Source: a virus. From it: a DNA stretch of 64,000 bases. The notes beneath the pieces are model-generated. The model ran no database searches. It had not been told where the DNA came from and saw only the letters and a program-made list of their open reading frames with translations. Below are positions 45,593-55,422 of the stretch, piece by piece (position 1 is the first letter of the stretch; every line of letters begins with the position of its first letter). The stretch covers positions 8,898 through 72,897 of the IMG/VR virus record IMGVR_UViG_3300032053_000048; one strand, 5' to 3'. The translations under genes and the position numbers were made by a program.

Positions 45593-46504
45593 TTATTTAC
45601 TTTTAAATATTAAACCATCTCTATATGCCTTTGCACCAACATAACAACCGTACTGAATAAATCTTAACGTTGATGGTTCGTGATAAGTTTCTTCATCATA
45701 TTGATTTGCCCACTCTTCAATCTCTTCATCTGTTATCTCTGGTTTCCTGACTAAACTCAGATACCATTTAGCAATAGTCTCTTTATCGTGTGTCATTAAT
45801 GAATCTAAGTCTTCAAATACTGGTTGCTGAGATGCGTAATGTTCCATATACTCATGCAATAAGTACCCTGAGATATGATAAATGCCATCTTTGTCTGGTT
45901 TTTGTAATCTGCTTTTAAAAAATTCCTCTGGTGTCATTCCTTTAGTCTCTTTAGTAGGTTGCTGAGATGCGTAAATCTTCATTGCTCTTATAGCAATTTG
46001 ATAAGTAATCCTTTCAAACCCTCCTTGAACTTCATTAAGTACCTCTTCTGCCGTCTTTGCTTCAGCTTTCCAAAATGGTTTATTCCTGCCATAGTTATCA
46101 TCACCGGGGCCATAAATATCATTGTGATGATCTGGCTTTTTCTTTGCTTCATCCTTGACGGGTTCGCTCTCTGTATAACTTAATATACTTCTCGGTTCTC
46201 CACCGCAAATACGACAAAAGCCATTTCTATCAATACCTTCCCATACCTGACAATCACATTTACCTGTCTTTGTTTCAGCTTTGGCGGGTTTATTACTTGG
46301 ATGATATTCACATAAAGTACATTCCTTTGGTATTTTGTCACTCTCTTGCCCTGCGAGTTCGGCAAGAATATCAGCAATAATATCATCTACATCAATAAAT
46401 TTAATTATAGCAGTACCATTCTCTCCGTTAGGTGCAGCATATCTCCATAAGTTCTCAATCATTATGGACTTCAATTCCTGCTTATCAATGGTTAGTGTTT
46501 TCAT
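45593..46504 (-). CDS. Modular hypothetical protein, MKTLT-module family
   Basis: MKTLT, ELAGQESD, two YASQQP modules and Cys clusters. Confidence 0.6.
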   Translation of the reverse strand: MKTLTIDKQELKSIMIENLWRYAAPNGENGTAIIKFIDVDDIIADILAELAGQESDKIPKECTLCEYHPSNKPAKAETKTGKCDCQVWEGIDRNGFCRICGGEPRSILSYTESEPVKDEAKKKPDHHNDIYGPGDDNYGRNKPFWKAEAKTAEEVLNEVQGGFERITYQIAIRAMKIYASQQPTKETKGMTPEEFFKSRLQKPDKDGIYHISGYLLHEYMEHYASQQPVFEDLDSLMTHDKETIAKWYLSLVRKPEITDEEIEEWANQYDEETYHEPSTLRFIQYGCYVGAKAYRDGLIFKSK

Positions 46505-46514
46505 CTCTCTTTAT

Positions 46515-46709
46515 TTAGTTAATTGCTTTAACGGGTAATGGCGGATTATAATACACCGTATATTCAGATGAGTTTGCAATGCGTCCCTGGTACTCCCTCT
46601 TGAATGACGTATTCTTAATTTCATAATCCGTCAGCATATACGCCCGGACAAATGCCATTGCTGCTTTTTTCGTTTTTAGTGAACGTGAATATTTGTATTT
46701 ATCTTCCAT
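46515..46709 (-). CDS. Hypothetical protein
   Basis: 64-aa ORF in the operon. Confidence 0.5.
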   Translation of the reverse strand: MEDKYKYSRSLKTKKAAMAFVRAYMLTDYEIKNTSFKREYQGRIANSSEYTVYYNPPLPVKAIN

Positions 46710-46730
46710 CTTACCGGTTTTTAAGGATAA

Positions 46731-47030
46731 TCATCTAAATCTGTTTTCTGGATCAGAATACAAATCCTCCCAATCCCTATCAGATGTTAAGGGTTTTTGA
46801 TTCCTTAATTTAGTTCTGTCTCTTACCCACGAATCAATATCCCCAAGCGACACTAATTGATTTAGTTCCATTGCCGTTAATGATTCTATCTTATTCTTGA
46901 TATTCGAATCATAAAGCCTTATGTCCTCATCACGGAGTCTTTCACAGACTTTTTCGATAAGCTCTTTTCCTGTCATTTCCATATCATTTCTCTTTAATGT
47001 TAATTTCCCAATAAGTATGTAGTTCGTCAA
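46731..47030 (-). CDS. Hypothetical protein (start uncertain)
   Basis: ORF in the operon; an internal ATG is the more likely start. Confidence 0.45.
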   Translation of the reverse strand: MTNYILIGKLTLKRNDMEMTGKELIEKVCERLRDEDIRLYDSNIKNKIESLTAMELNQLVSLGDIDSWVRDRTKLRNQKPLTSDRDWEDLYSDPENRFR

Positions 47031-47451
47031 GAGTTTTTAAATTTGTTGGGATTCTATCCTCATTAGGTGATTGAAATTTTATCGAATGATCAACAGTATT
47101 TAAAACAGCTTCATAATTTGAATCCCAGCATAGCCACTCCACAAACTCCTTGCTATACATTGGATGTTCGAGGGGAAGAAGTTCCTTTAATTCTGCGAGT
47201 TCTTTATGTAGTCTATCTCCTGTAAGTAATAGTGCCATATATTTCCCCTCTGATTCAACCGTTGTAGGATCAGGAGTTACTAACTGGATTGTTAAATTTT
47301 CAATTAGTTCATCCTGTTTCTCAATTATCTTCTCTTTGGTTAGTGTTTTCATAGCTGAATTGGGTTTAAGTATCTCAGGAGAACGCATCTTCAAATCATC
47401 TATCGATGGTTTGTAGTTTCTCAATCTTTCGAGTTCATTTGGATTGTCCAT
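46984..47451 (-). CDS. Hypothetical protein, MKTLT-module family (internal MKTLTKE at 47352)
   Basis: Shared module with 44769..45269. Confidence 0.55.
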   Translation of the reverse strand: MDNPNELERLRNYKPSIDDLKMRSPEILKPNSAMKTLTKEKIIEKQDELIENLTIQLVTPDPTTVESEGKYMALLLTGDRLHKELAELKELLPLEHPMYSKEFVEWLCWDSNYEAVLNTVDHSIKFQSPNEDRIPTNLKTLDELHTYWEINIKEK

Positions 47452-47851
47452 TTTTATCGGGATTAATTGTTTTTGCTGCTTCTTTCATAAATTCATCAGA
47501 ATAAAAGTCGTCCATTCTATGTTCAAACTCCTGTTTCGTCAGCTCCTCTGCCTTCTCGAATCCAATAGAGACTTTAGTTACATTGGACTCAGGGTCATTG
47601 GGGTCAATTATTATTGCAGCTGGCTTAACATTGAACTGATAGTAAACAGTCATGTATAGATCAGGGAACTTACCAAGTACCATCTTACCCCTGCAGTCCC
47701 TTACTACAAGATGAGTGCGATACCTCCCGGAAAGAACTTTCTTGTCGAGAATGACATTTCTAAGATAGTCCTGCAGGAAGGGACCACACTTATATATCTC
47801 AACGACCTTTAAGAACTCCTCAGGACTCAATAACTTTGACATCTGCTTCAA
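47435..47851 (-). CDS. Hypothetical protein
   Basis: 138-aa ORF in the operon. Confidence 0.55.
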   Translation of the reverse strand: MKQMSKLLSPEEFLKVVEIYKCGPFLQDYLRNVILDKKVLSGRYRTHLVVRDCRGKMVLGKFPDLYMTVYYQFNVKPAAIIIDPNDPESNVTKVSIGFEKAEELTKQEFEHRMDDFYSDEFMKEAAKTINPDKNGQSK

Positions 47852-48236
47852 GTTTGGTTATTAATTCAGGAAAATTGACCTTGTTTATCTTCATCTCATA
47901 TAATACAAGCTCAGCCATAGTCAGAAACTGCCGATCTTTCATCCGCTCCTTGGCCTTCGCCACGTCATATTGCATTGATGAACGACTGTTCCCGGTCAGT
48001 GCTATGAGTTGGTGCCAGCTGTACCTCTTGATTTCCCTCATTATATAGAAATAGAGTTGCCTTGGTTTAGTGTATTTCCGCATACTACAGCCAGGGATAC
48101 CCCGGGCGAGAATCATCCCTTCCTCAACTTCAAATATCCTCGCTATTATCTCCAGAATGGGTTTTTTACCTCCATTCTCTCTCCTTATCTGGAAGGGCAA
48201 TCCGGGAACTGCATATAAATTCGGTCTGTGTTTCAT
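47820..48236 (-). CDS. DnaA C-terminal-like HTH protein
   Basis: IIARIFEV...PRQLYFYIMRE...SW..LI..TG pattern. Confidence 0.55.
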   Translation of the reverse strand: MKHRPNLYAVPGLPFQIRRENGGKKPILEIIARIFEVEEGMILARGIPGCSMRKYTKPRQLYFYIMREIKRYSWHQLIALTGNSRSSMQYDVAKAKERMKDRQFLTMAELVLYEMKINKVNFPELITKLEADVKVIES

Positions 48237-48862
48237 GGTCTGAGGGATTCACCGCTAAACTCAATGATCTTGCATAACCGATTTATCCGGTCCATAGTAC
48301 GATCTCCATACCTTTCGAGAAACTGAGCATCCGAGAGGTTTGAGGATATTATCAGGATATCGAGGTCCTGTTCAGCTTTATTGATGATCTCATTAAAGGG
48401 CTCGAATCGTTCACCGTAGTTATTTACCCGGGATTCGGTTCCGAGCTCGTCAATGTAAGAGAACTTCCAGTCACGATACTTATGGAAGTTCCAGGTTCCA
48501 TCAAGATTAAGGTTTGGAAGCTGTGAGGCATGGAAGCCTGGGAGATACTTATTAAGAGCTTTGAACATTGGTTTCAGGACTCCAAGGATGATGTTGCTCT
48601 TGCCTCTACCGCAATCACCATACATAAACAGGCCCTTTCCCTGGTTGTCGGCCATCCATTCAGTCACCTTATAATATTCCGGTAGCCATTTGAATTCCTT
48701 CAATGTTTTATCATACCTTTTGAAACACTCGGTAAATACGTCATTGAGTATCGGCAGCTTACCAAGTGAGACAACTGTATATCTTCTTTCGTAAGGCCTA
48801 CCTTCAGATAGTTGGGCGAAAGCCTTATCTATCATTTCTTTGTGTTTGGGGTCAAGTTCCAT
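48233..48862 (-). CDS. DnaC/IstB-like AAA+ helicase loader
   Basis: GDCGRGKS Walker A, IDELGTE Walker B, SSNL, YGDRTMDR and GESLR motifs. Confidence 0.85.
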   Translation of the reverse strand: MELDPKHKEMIDKAFAQLSEGRPYERRYTVVSLGKLPILNDVFTECFKRYDKTLKEFKWLPEYYKVTEWMADNQGKGLFMYGDCGRGKSNIILGVLKPMFKALNKYLPGFHASQLPNLNLDGTWNFHKYRDWKFSYIDELGTESRVNNYGERFEPFNEIINKAEQDLDILIISSNLSDAQFLERYGDRTMDRINRLCKIIEFSGESLRP

Positions 48863-48865
48863 ATA

Positions 48866-49480
48866 TTATGTTTTAAATTTAGCTGGTATTTTTCCTGAAA
48901 CAAAATTCTGTCCCGGGTGCTGGCCTCGCTCAATTCCTTTCTCATCTCGTTCCCAGGTTACAAGAGCTGACTTCCAGTTTTTCATTCTGTTTTTCCCGAC
49001 CATCCAGCCTTTTGCGTCATAGAAATGCCAGAATTTTACTGCATCAACAGAAGATTTTCGCTCCTCAACCTCCTTTTTTACCTCCTCAAGTGTCGGAGGA
49101 ACGAATATTTGCCTGGGTTGCTTGCCGTCTGCCGGGATATCATCTGGATTTTGCCTTGTAGTGGGCTTTTGCCATCGTTTTTTACCCATATTGACGTATT
49201 TCTCTCTTTCATTAACTCTTTTAACCATTGAATCTCTCAACTTAGCCTGGTAATACTTGCCGGTTTCGTTGTCTATCGTGAATTTCTTCATTATAACTTC
49301 ATCGACCTCACGCTTAATGACATTCTTCATCTCCTCGTAAGTTAATTGTCCTCCTTTGTCGTGCATGGTAAACAATAAAATAGAGTAGATGCCGACTTGT
49401 TCAAAGGTTAGTGTGCTTACTCCCTTTAGGAAAGGTCCTGTTTCTATTTCGCAGATTGGGTCCTTAATTATTTCCGTCAT
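48866..49480 (-). CDS. Phage replication initiator (DUF1376/YdaU-like N-terminus)
   Basis: LTFEQVGIYSILL; C-terminal FVPPTLEEV...FWHFYDAKGWMVGKNRMKNWK; upstream of the loader. ATG 49480 preferred. Confidence 0.75.
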   Translation of the reverse strand: MTEIIKDPICEIETGPFLKGVSTLTFEQVGIYSILLFTMHDKGGQLTYEEMKNVIKREVDEVIMKKFTIDNETGKYYQAKLRDSMVKRVNEREKYVNMGKKRWQKPTTRQNPDDIPADGKQPRQIFVPPTLEEVKKEVEERKSSVDAVKFWHFYDAKGWMVGKNRMKNWKSALVTWERDEKGIERGQHPGQNFVSGKIPAKFKT

Positions 49481-50126
49481 AGTCAAATAGTTTTTGCTGG
49501 TAAAACGTTGGTGTATCTTCGTGTTTCGGCTTGAGCTCCATATCAAGATCAGGATTGTATTGTTGCTGCATACGGCGTATATGATGGAGCAGCATATTAT
49601 ATTCATACCTCATGTCAATATATTTGTTATAGAACTTGTCGAGTAGTATCTTTGAGATATCCGGTGTCTTCTTATGGAGCCACTTGGCTGGCTTAGCCTG
49701 TTCAACCACATCTGCAAAATATTCCTCACCTCTCCAGGTTTCCTGCCTCTTGTGCTTAAAGTACAGTAATCCGGCATATCCTGGGACCTCCTCTGGCTTG
49801 ATCATATCCTCCGGGCAACAGTAATAGAATTTATTCGGTGCAAAAGGCTTTACAAAATGAACATAACAGTAATGATCATTGAGTTGGCTACCAGGCATCG
49901 TTACAAGTTCCTTCTCGGCGTTACGCATCAGGAAGTGTTTCTGAGTCTTCTGTGCGTCAGCTTTGAAATCAGCTCGTGATATCTTCACTTCGACCTCTAT
50001 GGTATAGCCTGACTTGGTTACGCAAAAGAAATCGCTCTCCCAATCGTAGATGAAAACATTGGTAAGCTTGTAATCAGCGGTAACAAACCACTTCTGGAGC
50101 TCGGTGACGATCAGGAGTTCATTCAT
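49464..50126 (-). CDS. PD-(D/E)xK nuclease-like protein (MmcB-like)
   Basis: WESD...EVEVKISRADFKAD...NKFYYCCP...YAGL motifs. Confidence 0.7.
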   Translation of the reverse strand: MNELLIVTELQKWFVTADYKLTNVFIYDWESDFFCVTKSGYTIEVEVKISRADFKADAQKTQKHFLMRNAEKELVTMPGSQLNDHYCYVHFVKPFAPNKFYYCCPEDMIKPEEVPGYAGLLYFKHKRQETWRGEEYFADVVEQAKPAKWLHKKTPDISKILLDKFYNKYIDMRYEYNMLLHHIRRMQQQYNPDLDMELKPKHEDTPTFYQQKLFDYDGNN

Positions 50127-51034
50127 AGACCACCTCTAAATTGCATCCTTTGTTGTGTCGGACTACTTGGTTGAATTGGTGTAATGCTCATTGAAATATT
50201 GTAGTCCGGGTTCTTGCCACCATATCTCTTTGATAACCAAATTAACCCCCGGGCATTTACTAATGTCTGGTAAATTATAATGTGGTAAGGTTTACCTGTT
50301 TTCTTGCTTATCCCCTTTCTTTCCTTCATCTTTCTTTCAAAGTATTGTTTGTACTGTTGATATGGCTCATTATCTTGGACCGGATTCTCGGATTTCATTA
50401 ATATTTTATCGTTCCTAAGTATCTCAAAAAGATCATTCCTTCCAATATCCAACTGTAATAACTTTGCAACTGAACCAATAGGATAGAGCCTTTTATCGTT
50501 TGATACTCTATCAGCAAACTCAACTTGATCTTTGTGATGTGATAACTTTTCATTTGTTACCTCAATTATCCTCTCTACAGTTTTCTCTGATTCCTCGGCT
50601 TTATGTTCTGCAAGCTCTTTTGCTTGACTTAATTCCTGGTTCTTCTCAAGAATCACTTTATTATTGTCAGCGAGTTTTACGATCTCTCTGGCATAATCAA
50701 GTATAGTTAATTCTTTCCTTTGCGCAACATCCTGAGCCAAGGCTTTTGTCATTACAGTTCCTGTCTGATTAGCTCTTGCGTTAATTGTCAGAATAGCAGT
50801 TAAACTAAGTGCGTAATCCTTGGCCGGCCGGCCCCTTCCTCTTTTAATCCCTGAATTTATGACATTATTTGTCAATAATTCGGAATAATCCTTATCCTTT
50901 GTCAGATTGCAAGACTCAACTTGGTAGTCAAACCAAGTGGTAAAGTTCCTTTCGCTGCCCAAATAGGCATGGAGTTCCCGGGCAGAATAAACAGTATTGC
51001 CCGAATTGTCTTTGAATTGTCTTAGGTCATTCAT
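50123..51034 (-). CDS. Phage antirepressor (AntA/AntB N-terminus + KilAC C-terminus)
   Basis: SARELHAYL...FTTWF...KDYALS; IGSVAKLL..IGRNDLFEILR...NEPYQQY...TLVNARG. Confidence 0.85.
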   Translation of the reverse strand: MNDLRQFKDNSGNTVYSARELHAYLGSERNFTTWFDYQVESCNLTKDKDYSELLTNNVINSGIKRGRGRPAKDYALSLTAILTINARANQTGTVMTKALAQDVAQRKELTILDYAREIVKLADNNKVILEKNQELSQAKELAEHKAEESEKTVERIIEVTNEKLSHHKDQVEFADRVSNDKRLYPIGSVAKLLQLDIGRNDLFEILRNDKILMKSENPVQDNEPYQQYKQYFERKMKERKGISKKTGKPYHIIIYQTLVNARGLIWLSKRYGGKNPDYNISMSITPIQPSSPTQQRMQFRGGL

Positions 51035-51197
51035 AATTTAGTTTTTGATGTTTGGAAACATATTCTTTAATTTTCTGATCGGCCCATATCTTCATAGCCT
51101 TTCTGACATTGGCCTTGGATATTTTGAAAGCGCCCCTTGTTCCTGGCTTGAAATGGCATGGATATCGTAGTCTATCAATAATCTGATCTCTTGTCAT
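51027..51197 (-). CDS. Small hypothetical protein, 56 aa (MTRDQIIDRLRYPC...)
   Basis: Fills the gap between the MBL and antirepressor genes with close start/stop coupling. Confidence 0.5.
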   Translation of the reverse strand: MTRDQIIDRLRYPCHFKPGTRGAFKISKANVRKAMKIWADQKIKEYVSKHQKLNYE

Positions 51198-51198
51198 T

Positions 51199-51945
51199 TC
51201 AGTAAGGATTTAAGTTAAACTCTATATTCGTTACATTCTTTTTACTTGCAGCTGCTGTATTAATCCCGAATTCCTCAGCGATCTCCCGGACAAACCGGGC
51301 CTCGTCACTATTCCCATCGCTAAGGTGCAGGAGAACTATATTAGTGACTGCGGAAAGATCAAGACTCCGCAGGTATTGTTTGCATTTCTCAAGTTCAAAG
51401 TGTGACAGGAGCAGTCTCTGGCGCATGATGCCAGGAAGACGGCCATTGATAATATTGTTCTCCACGATATCATCTGCAAAGTTGCACTCAATCATTATCT
51501 GGTTGAGGCGGGGAAAGGTGTAATCACACCAGAAAGTATCGGTTAGGAACAGGATGGTCCCGGATTCCTTGTGAGTGATCACGAATCCAAGACAGGGAAC
51601 ATCATGTACTACATCAAAAGGAATGATCTTAAATGACTTTAATTTATAACCATGCTGAGGGTACACCAGCTTGAAACGGTTGTCATGGCCCGTTATACCC
51701 TTTGAGGAAGCTACTGACTCACTGGATAAAACATTGATACCGTTGTCAATATATTCTCTGATGTACCCTGCATGGTCGTTATGTTGATGTGATACCAGGC
51801 AGCCAGCGATATTATCAATACGAAAACCCTGAGTCCTTTTGATCTCCCGGAGTTTCACCCCGGCCTCAATGATTAGGACCTCGTTTGATGCCTCGAGAAT
51901 ATAACTATTCCCGGAGCTGCTGCTGCCAAGTACCTTGAGTCTCAT
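51199..51945 (-). CDS. MBL-fold metallo-hydrolase (exonuclease partner of RecT)
   Basis: GSSSSGN, SHQHNDH, HDV, TDT, IECN and LHLS motifs. Confidence 0.88.
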   Translation of the reverse strand: MRLKVLGSSSSGNSYILEASNEVLIIEAGVKLREIKRTQGFRIDNIAGCLVSHQHNDHAGYIREYIDNGINVLSSESVASSKGITGHDNRFKLVYPQHGYKLKSFKIIPFDVVHDVPCLGFVITHKESGTILFLTDTFWCDYTFPRLNQIMIECNFADDIVENNIINGRLPGIMRQRLLLSHFELEKCKQYLRSLDLSAVTNIVLLHLSDGNSDEARFVREIAEEFGINTAAASKKNVTNIEFNLNPY

Positions 51946-52928
51946 CAGTACGTGGGTTCTTCGTCCTGCAGTGGCCCCCCGGCCCCCTGTGTTGGTTTCT
52001 CCCAGGGAAGATCATTGCCGGCATTCTGAGGACCTTTGGCTTCTACCATTTGTGCGTTCTGCTCTTTGACTGTTTCAGGAGATGAACCGGAAGGCTGGTT
52101 AGACACGTCCTCGTATGTAGTTTCAACAGTATCGATCTGCTTCTGTTTGCCCTTTGCGTCAGTTTTGCGCTCCCGGGTAGCCTTTGGCTTGTCTTCATCC
52201 TCGTCCAGTATCTCCGAATCGTCAGCTGACTCAATAAGTATCTTAACCGCCCTGTTGATAACAGTCTTCTTGGCCATCTCGTCAGTGAATCCCTTGTGAG
52301 CCTTGGTATCTCCGCCTCCGAATCCCATCATCCATGCCTTTTTTATCTGAGCCAGGGACATGACTGTGAGCTGTGAGGTTCCGTCATTAAAGACTACTAC
52401 CGCATAGGCACCCTTTATATCATCAATTTTCTGGTCCTCGAACTTAATAATGTGCTTGAGAAGCTTCTGCCTCCCTGTATTAAGATCAACCTCGAATCCG
52501 AACTCATCGCCTCCATAGATCACCTGAGCATTAACTTCTTTAACATCAGCGTCACGTTTGGCAAGCAGGATATGGCCTGTATATTTCGGCTGCCAGTGTA
52601 GTTCCTCTCCATAGACAATGAAATATCCCTGTTTCTTCCAGACATTCAGGCCGTCAACACACATTCCCATTATAGCATTGACTATAGATGAGGGAGTGCA
52701 GACTTCCAGGGCGAGTTTACCGTCCTTATTTTTGAGCTCGGCCAGTGCCAGGGCTGCGCCTTTGCAGGCGTTCTCAACCGAGTAATCCTTGGGAAAAACG
52801 ATGTTCCCGGTATCCATGAGGGTCTGTAAGTGCTCAAGCGTTTTATTGACGTACTGGTCGAGCTTGGCCTTAACTGTTGTTGGTGCTTGTGCCGGAACCG
52901 TAGAACCGGCTTTCTTTGGGTCTGTCAT
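51945..52928 (-). CDS. recT: RecT-family single-strand annealing protein
   Basis: CTPSSI, GLN..KKQGYFIVYG, AQVIYGGDEF, GAYAVV and EMAKKTVINRA motifs. Confidence 0.88.
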   Translation of the reverse strand: MTDPKKAGSTVPAQAPTTVKAKLDQYVNKTLEHLQTLMDTGNIVFPKDYSVENACKGAALALAELKNKDGKLALEVCTPSSIVNAIMGMCVDGLNVWKKQGYFIVYGEELHWQPKYTGHILLAKRDADVKEVNAQVIYGGDEFGFEVDLNTGRQKLLKHIIKFEDQKIDDIKGAYAVVVFNDGTSQLTVMSLAQIKKAWMMGFGGGDTKAHKGFTDEMAKKTVINRAVKILIESADDSEILDEDEDKPKATRERKTDAKGKQKQIDTVETTYEDVSNQPSGSSPETVKEQNAQMVEAKGPQNAGNDLPWEKPTQGAGGPLQDEEPTY

Positions 52929-52938
52929 AATTGAAAAT

Positions 52939-54903
52939 TTAAGTGATTATTAGTGATTTATCTTTGGTTACATATAAGCTGATTATCTGAGCAGCGCAAT
53001 CAATAAGGTTATTCACGCTCTCCCTGTTATCTATAAAGATCGGGGCTATTACCTGGTTGTGATTACTCAGGGTATTGATGATATCGAGCCCGGCATTGAT
53101 CTTTGCTGCATTATTAAGGTCCGAATACGGTACGCCATCGACAGTACATTCGCAGGTATCCTCAATGCCTCCGTTGATCTGGAAGTTAAATAATTTGAAC
53201 TTAACGTATTCAAACCTCTCATTGATCAGGCTCTCGAACATCTTTGTCTTGGTGTGGGCGAATATCGTAAGGCCGTATTCATTGTTTTCCACGTCAGCGA
53301 CCTGCTGAGCGAGACTTTCCTGCTCGGCCTCCAGCTCCAAAGCTCTGACGGTGCCTTTATCTCTGGTTTTGCGCCGTTCCTCAGACTTAGAGTTATTATC
53401 CAGCCAGGTCCTGATCTCCCTTCTCTCTGTCTCAAGTGCGCTGGTGTCCTCGGCAGCTGCCATCGGATTCTCGGCAATCCACCGACAGCAATCATCGTAC
53501 TGTTGTTTATATACAGCATGATCGGTTTTGGGAATCTCGATATTGATGAATTCCTCGGCTGTCATTAAACCAAGAAATATAATATTCTTATGTTTACCGG
53601 ACTTAACCCTGATCTCATCTAAGAGTTTTTGATCAGCCTCGATCTTGGCTTTAACCTCCTCGATCTTTGCTTTCAGTTCCTTGCCTATCTTCTCATTGGC
53701 AGCAATAGCAGTGACTTTGCTTGCCTCGAATTCCTTTTGTGCTTTCTCCTGGTCAGCACGTTTATAATCCTCCGGCAGTTCCTGACCACAGGTAGGGCAT
53801 TTACCGTCACCCTCCCATATCAATTTTTGCGCTCGGAGTTTCTTCCATTCAGCAACCTTGCCATCCTTACGGAGCTCCAAGTCCCTCTGATCGATATTCA
53901 GATTAGTTATACGCTTAGTGATTGTCTCAAATTGATAGTTGAGGGTTCGGCCTTCTTCTTCCCATATCCGATAGTCGTTCTCGTACTTATACTTATGGTC
54001 AGCATATTTGGTTTTAAGACTGTTTACTATATCAAGCAATAAGGCCTGAGTTTTATCTCTTGAGATGATCTTCTTTGTCAATTCCGAATTGGTTGCTTCT
54101 ATCCTGACTGTTGCAGACTTAGTAAGTTCGTCAATAGCTGCCAGCCTGATTGATTGGTTGGTGGCCTCTCTTTCCAGATCGTCCCACTGTTCTATTTCCG
54201 GCATCCCACGTTTCACTTCATCAATTCGGGAAGGTATCTTATCAAGATCATCCTTGAGCTTCTTTCTGGTGGCAGATAGCATTTCCCGCATCCGGGATAT
54301 GATTTTCTTTTCTGTAATGACTGTCATTAAGAAATCCCGGGCTTTCTCGCTCAGGTCGCTTGGCAGGTTGGCAAATACCTCAGTGTCGGAGAGTTCAGGG
54401 GCCAATGAGATGAGGATATTTCGCTGAACTGACCAGTTTTGGGTAGGAAAGAATTCTGGATTAGTCAGTAATTTGAACAGGGCCTCGGGACAAATAGCAT
54501 CTATTTCCTTGTTATATTCTGCCATTGTCACCGGTGCATTATCAACATAGTATAGTGTCTCGTTTCCCTGAAATACTGTTTCGGTCTGTCCCCTGGGCTT
54601 AACCCATTTCTCTTTAAGGACCCGGCGCAGCATCAGCGATCTGCCGTTGACCATCAGCTGACTGCTGACCTCATGTTCTATATAAGGTATGGCTTTCCCA
54701 TCAGGTCCGAGAGTCTTTACATTGAAGTCCTTCCGGTCTGTCGAGTCTTTGCCGAACAGTAGCCAGAGGAATCCGTCAAAGATCGTGGTTTTGCCTGTGG
54801 CATTTTCCCCACTGATCGATGTTTGATGAGTAAATTCAACGAGCAGCTGCTTTATGCCCTTGAAGTTTACAAATCCGAGTTTCTTTAATTCGATTGTTGT
54901 CAT
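52939..54903 (-). CDS. SMC/Rad50-like ATPase with zinc hook
   Basis: NFKG, GENATGKTT, long coiled coil with CPTCGQ, PIFIDNRES. Confidence 0.85.
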   Translation of the reverse strand: MTTIELKKLGFVNFKGIKQLLVEFTHQTSISGENATGKTTIFDGFLWLLFGKDSTDRKDFNVKTLGPDGKAIPYIEHEVSSQLMVNGRSLMLRRVLKEKWVKPRGQTETVFQGNETLYYVDNAPVTMAEYNKEIDAICPEALFKLLTNPEFFPTQNWSVQRNILISLAPELSDTEVFANLPSDLSEKARDFLMTVITEKKIISRMREMLSATRKKLKDDLDKIPSRIDEVKRGMPEIEQWDDLEREATNQSIRLAAIDELTKSATVRIEATNSELTKKIISRDKTQALLLDIVNSLKTKYADHKYKYENDYRIWEEEGRTLNYQFETITKRITNLNIDQRDLELRKDGKVAEWKKLRAQKLIWEGDGKCPTCGQELPEDYKRADQEKAQKEFEASKVTAIAANEKIGKELKAKIEEVKAKIEADQKLLDEIRVKSGKHKNIIFLGLMTAEEFINIEIPKTDHAVYKQQYDDCCRWIAENPMAAAEDTSALETERREIRTWLDNNSKSEERRKTRDKGTVRALELEAEQESLAQQVADVENNEYGLTIFAHTKTKMFESLINERFEYVKFKLFNFQINGGIEDTCECTVDGVPYSDLNNAAKINAGLDIINTLSNHNQVIAPIFIDNRESVNNLIDCAAQIISLYVTKDKSLIIT

Positions 54904-54907
54904 ATAG

Positions 54908-55210
54908 TTAGTTTAAGTTTTCAATAGAATAATCAGGCCTTGTCAGTTCTGCCCTTGCTTTCTCCTTCTCGCTTATAAAAAATTCATGTAGTTCCTCGCG
55001 TTCCGCATGGGTCATTCCCTCGACCAGTCCCGGGTTGAGTACGTCCATGAGCCTTATCATAAATGATCTGCTGGCAAAAGCCAGTGCAATTACTTTTTCT
55101 TCCGGGTCTGTTATAAACAGCTGGACCCGGGCTGTTCTTTTGGCATGATCTAATACAAGATCAACCAGCCGTTTCTTGATTGGTTCTAAGTTCATTTGAA
55201 TCGTCCACAA
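54908..55210 (-). CDS. Hypothetical protein
   Basis: ORF in the operon. Confidence 0.5.
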   Translation of the reverse strand: MWTIQMNLEPIKKRLVDLVLDHAKRTARVQLFITDPEEKVIALAFASRSFMIRLMDVLNPGLVEGMTHAEREELHEFFISEKEKARAELTRPDYSIENLN

Positions 55211-55421
55211 ATTTAATCCTTGTTTTGATTACTACACCATCTATCAGGGCTGATTGTCCGGCCCTGAGCTGGACCGCCGGGAGTTCCTTTGTTATCCCGG
55301 CAGCCCTCAGGGTGAACTGACCTGTTATTACTGCCTGGTATTTCTCATCGGACTCTATACGGATGATCTTAAAACTCAGGCTGGTGAATCTCTCAGTTGA
55401 TTTGGTGTACTGACGTGTCAT
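55161..55421 (-). CDS. Hypothetical protein
   Basis: ORF in the operon. Confidence 0.5.
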   Translation of the reverse strand: MTRQYTKSTERFTSLSFKIIRIESDEKYQAVITGQFTLRAAGITKELPAVQLRAGQSALIDGVVIKTRIKFVDDSNELRTNQETAG

Positions 55422-55422
55422 G

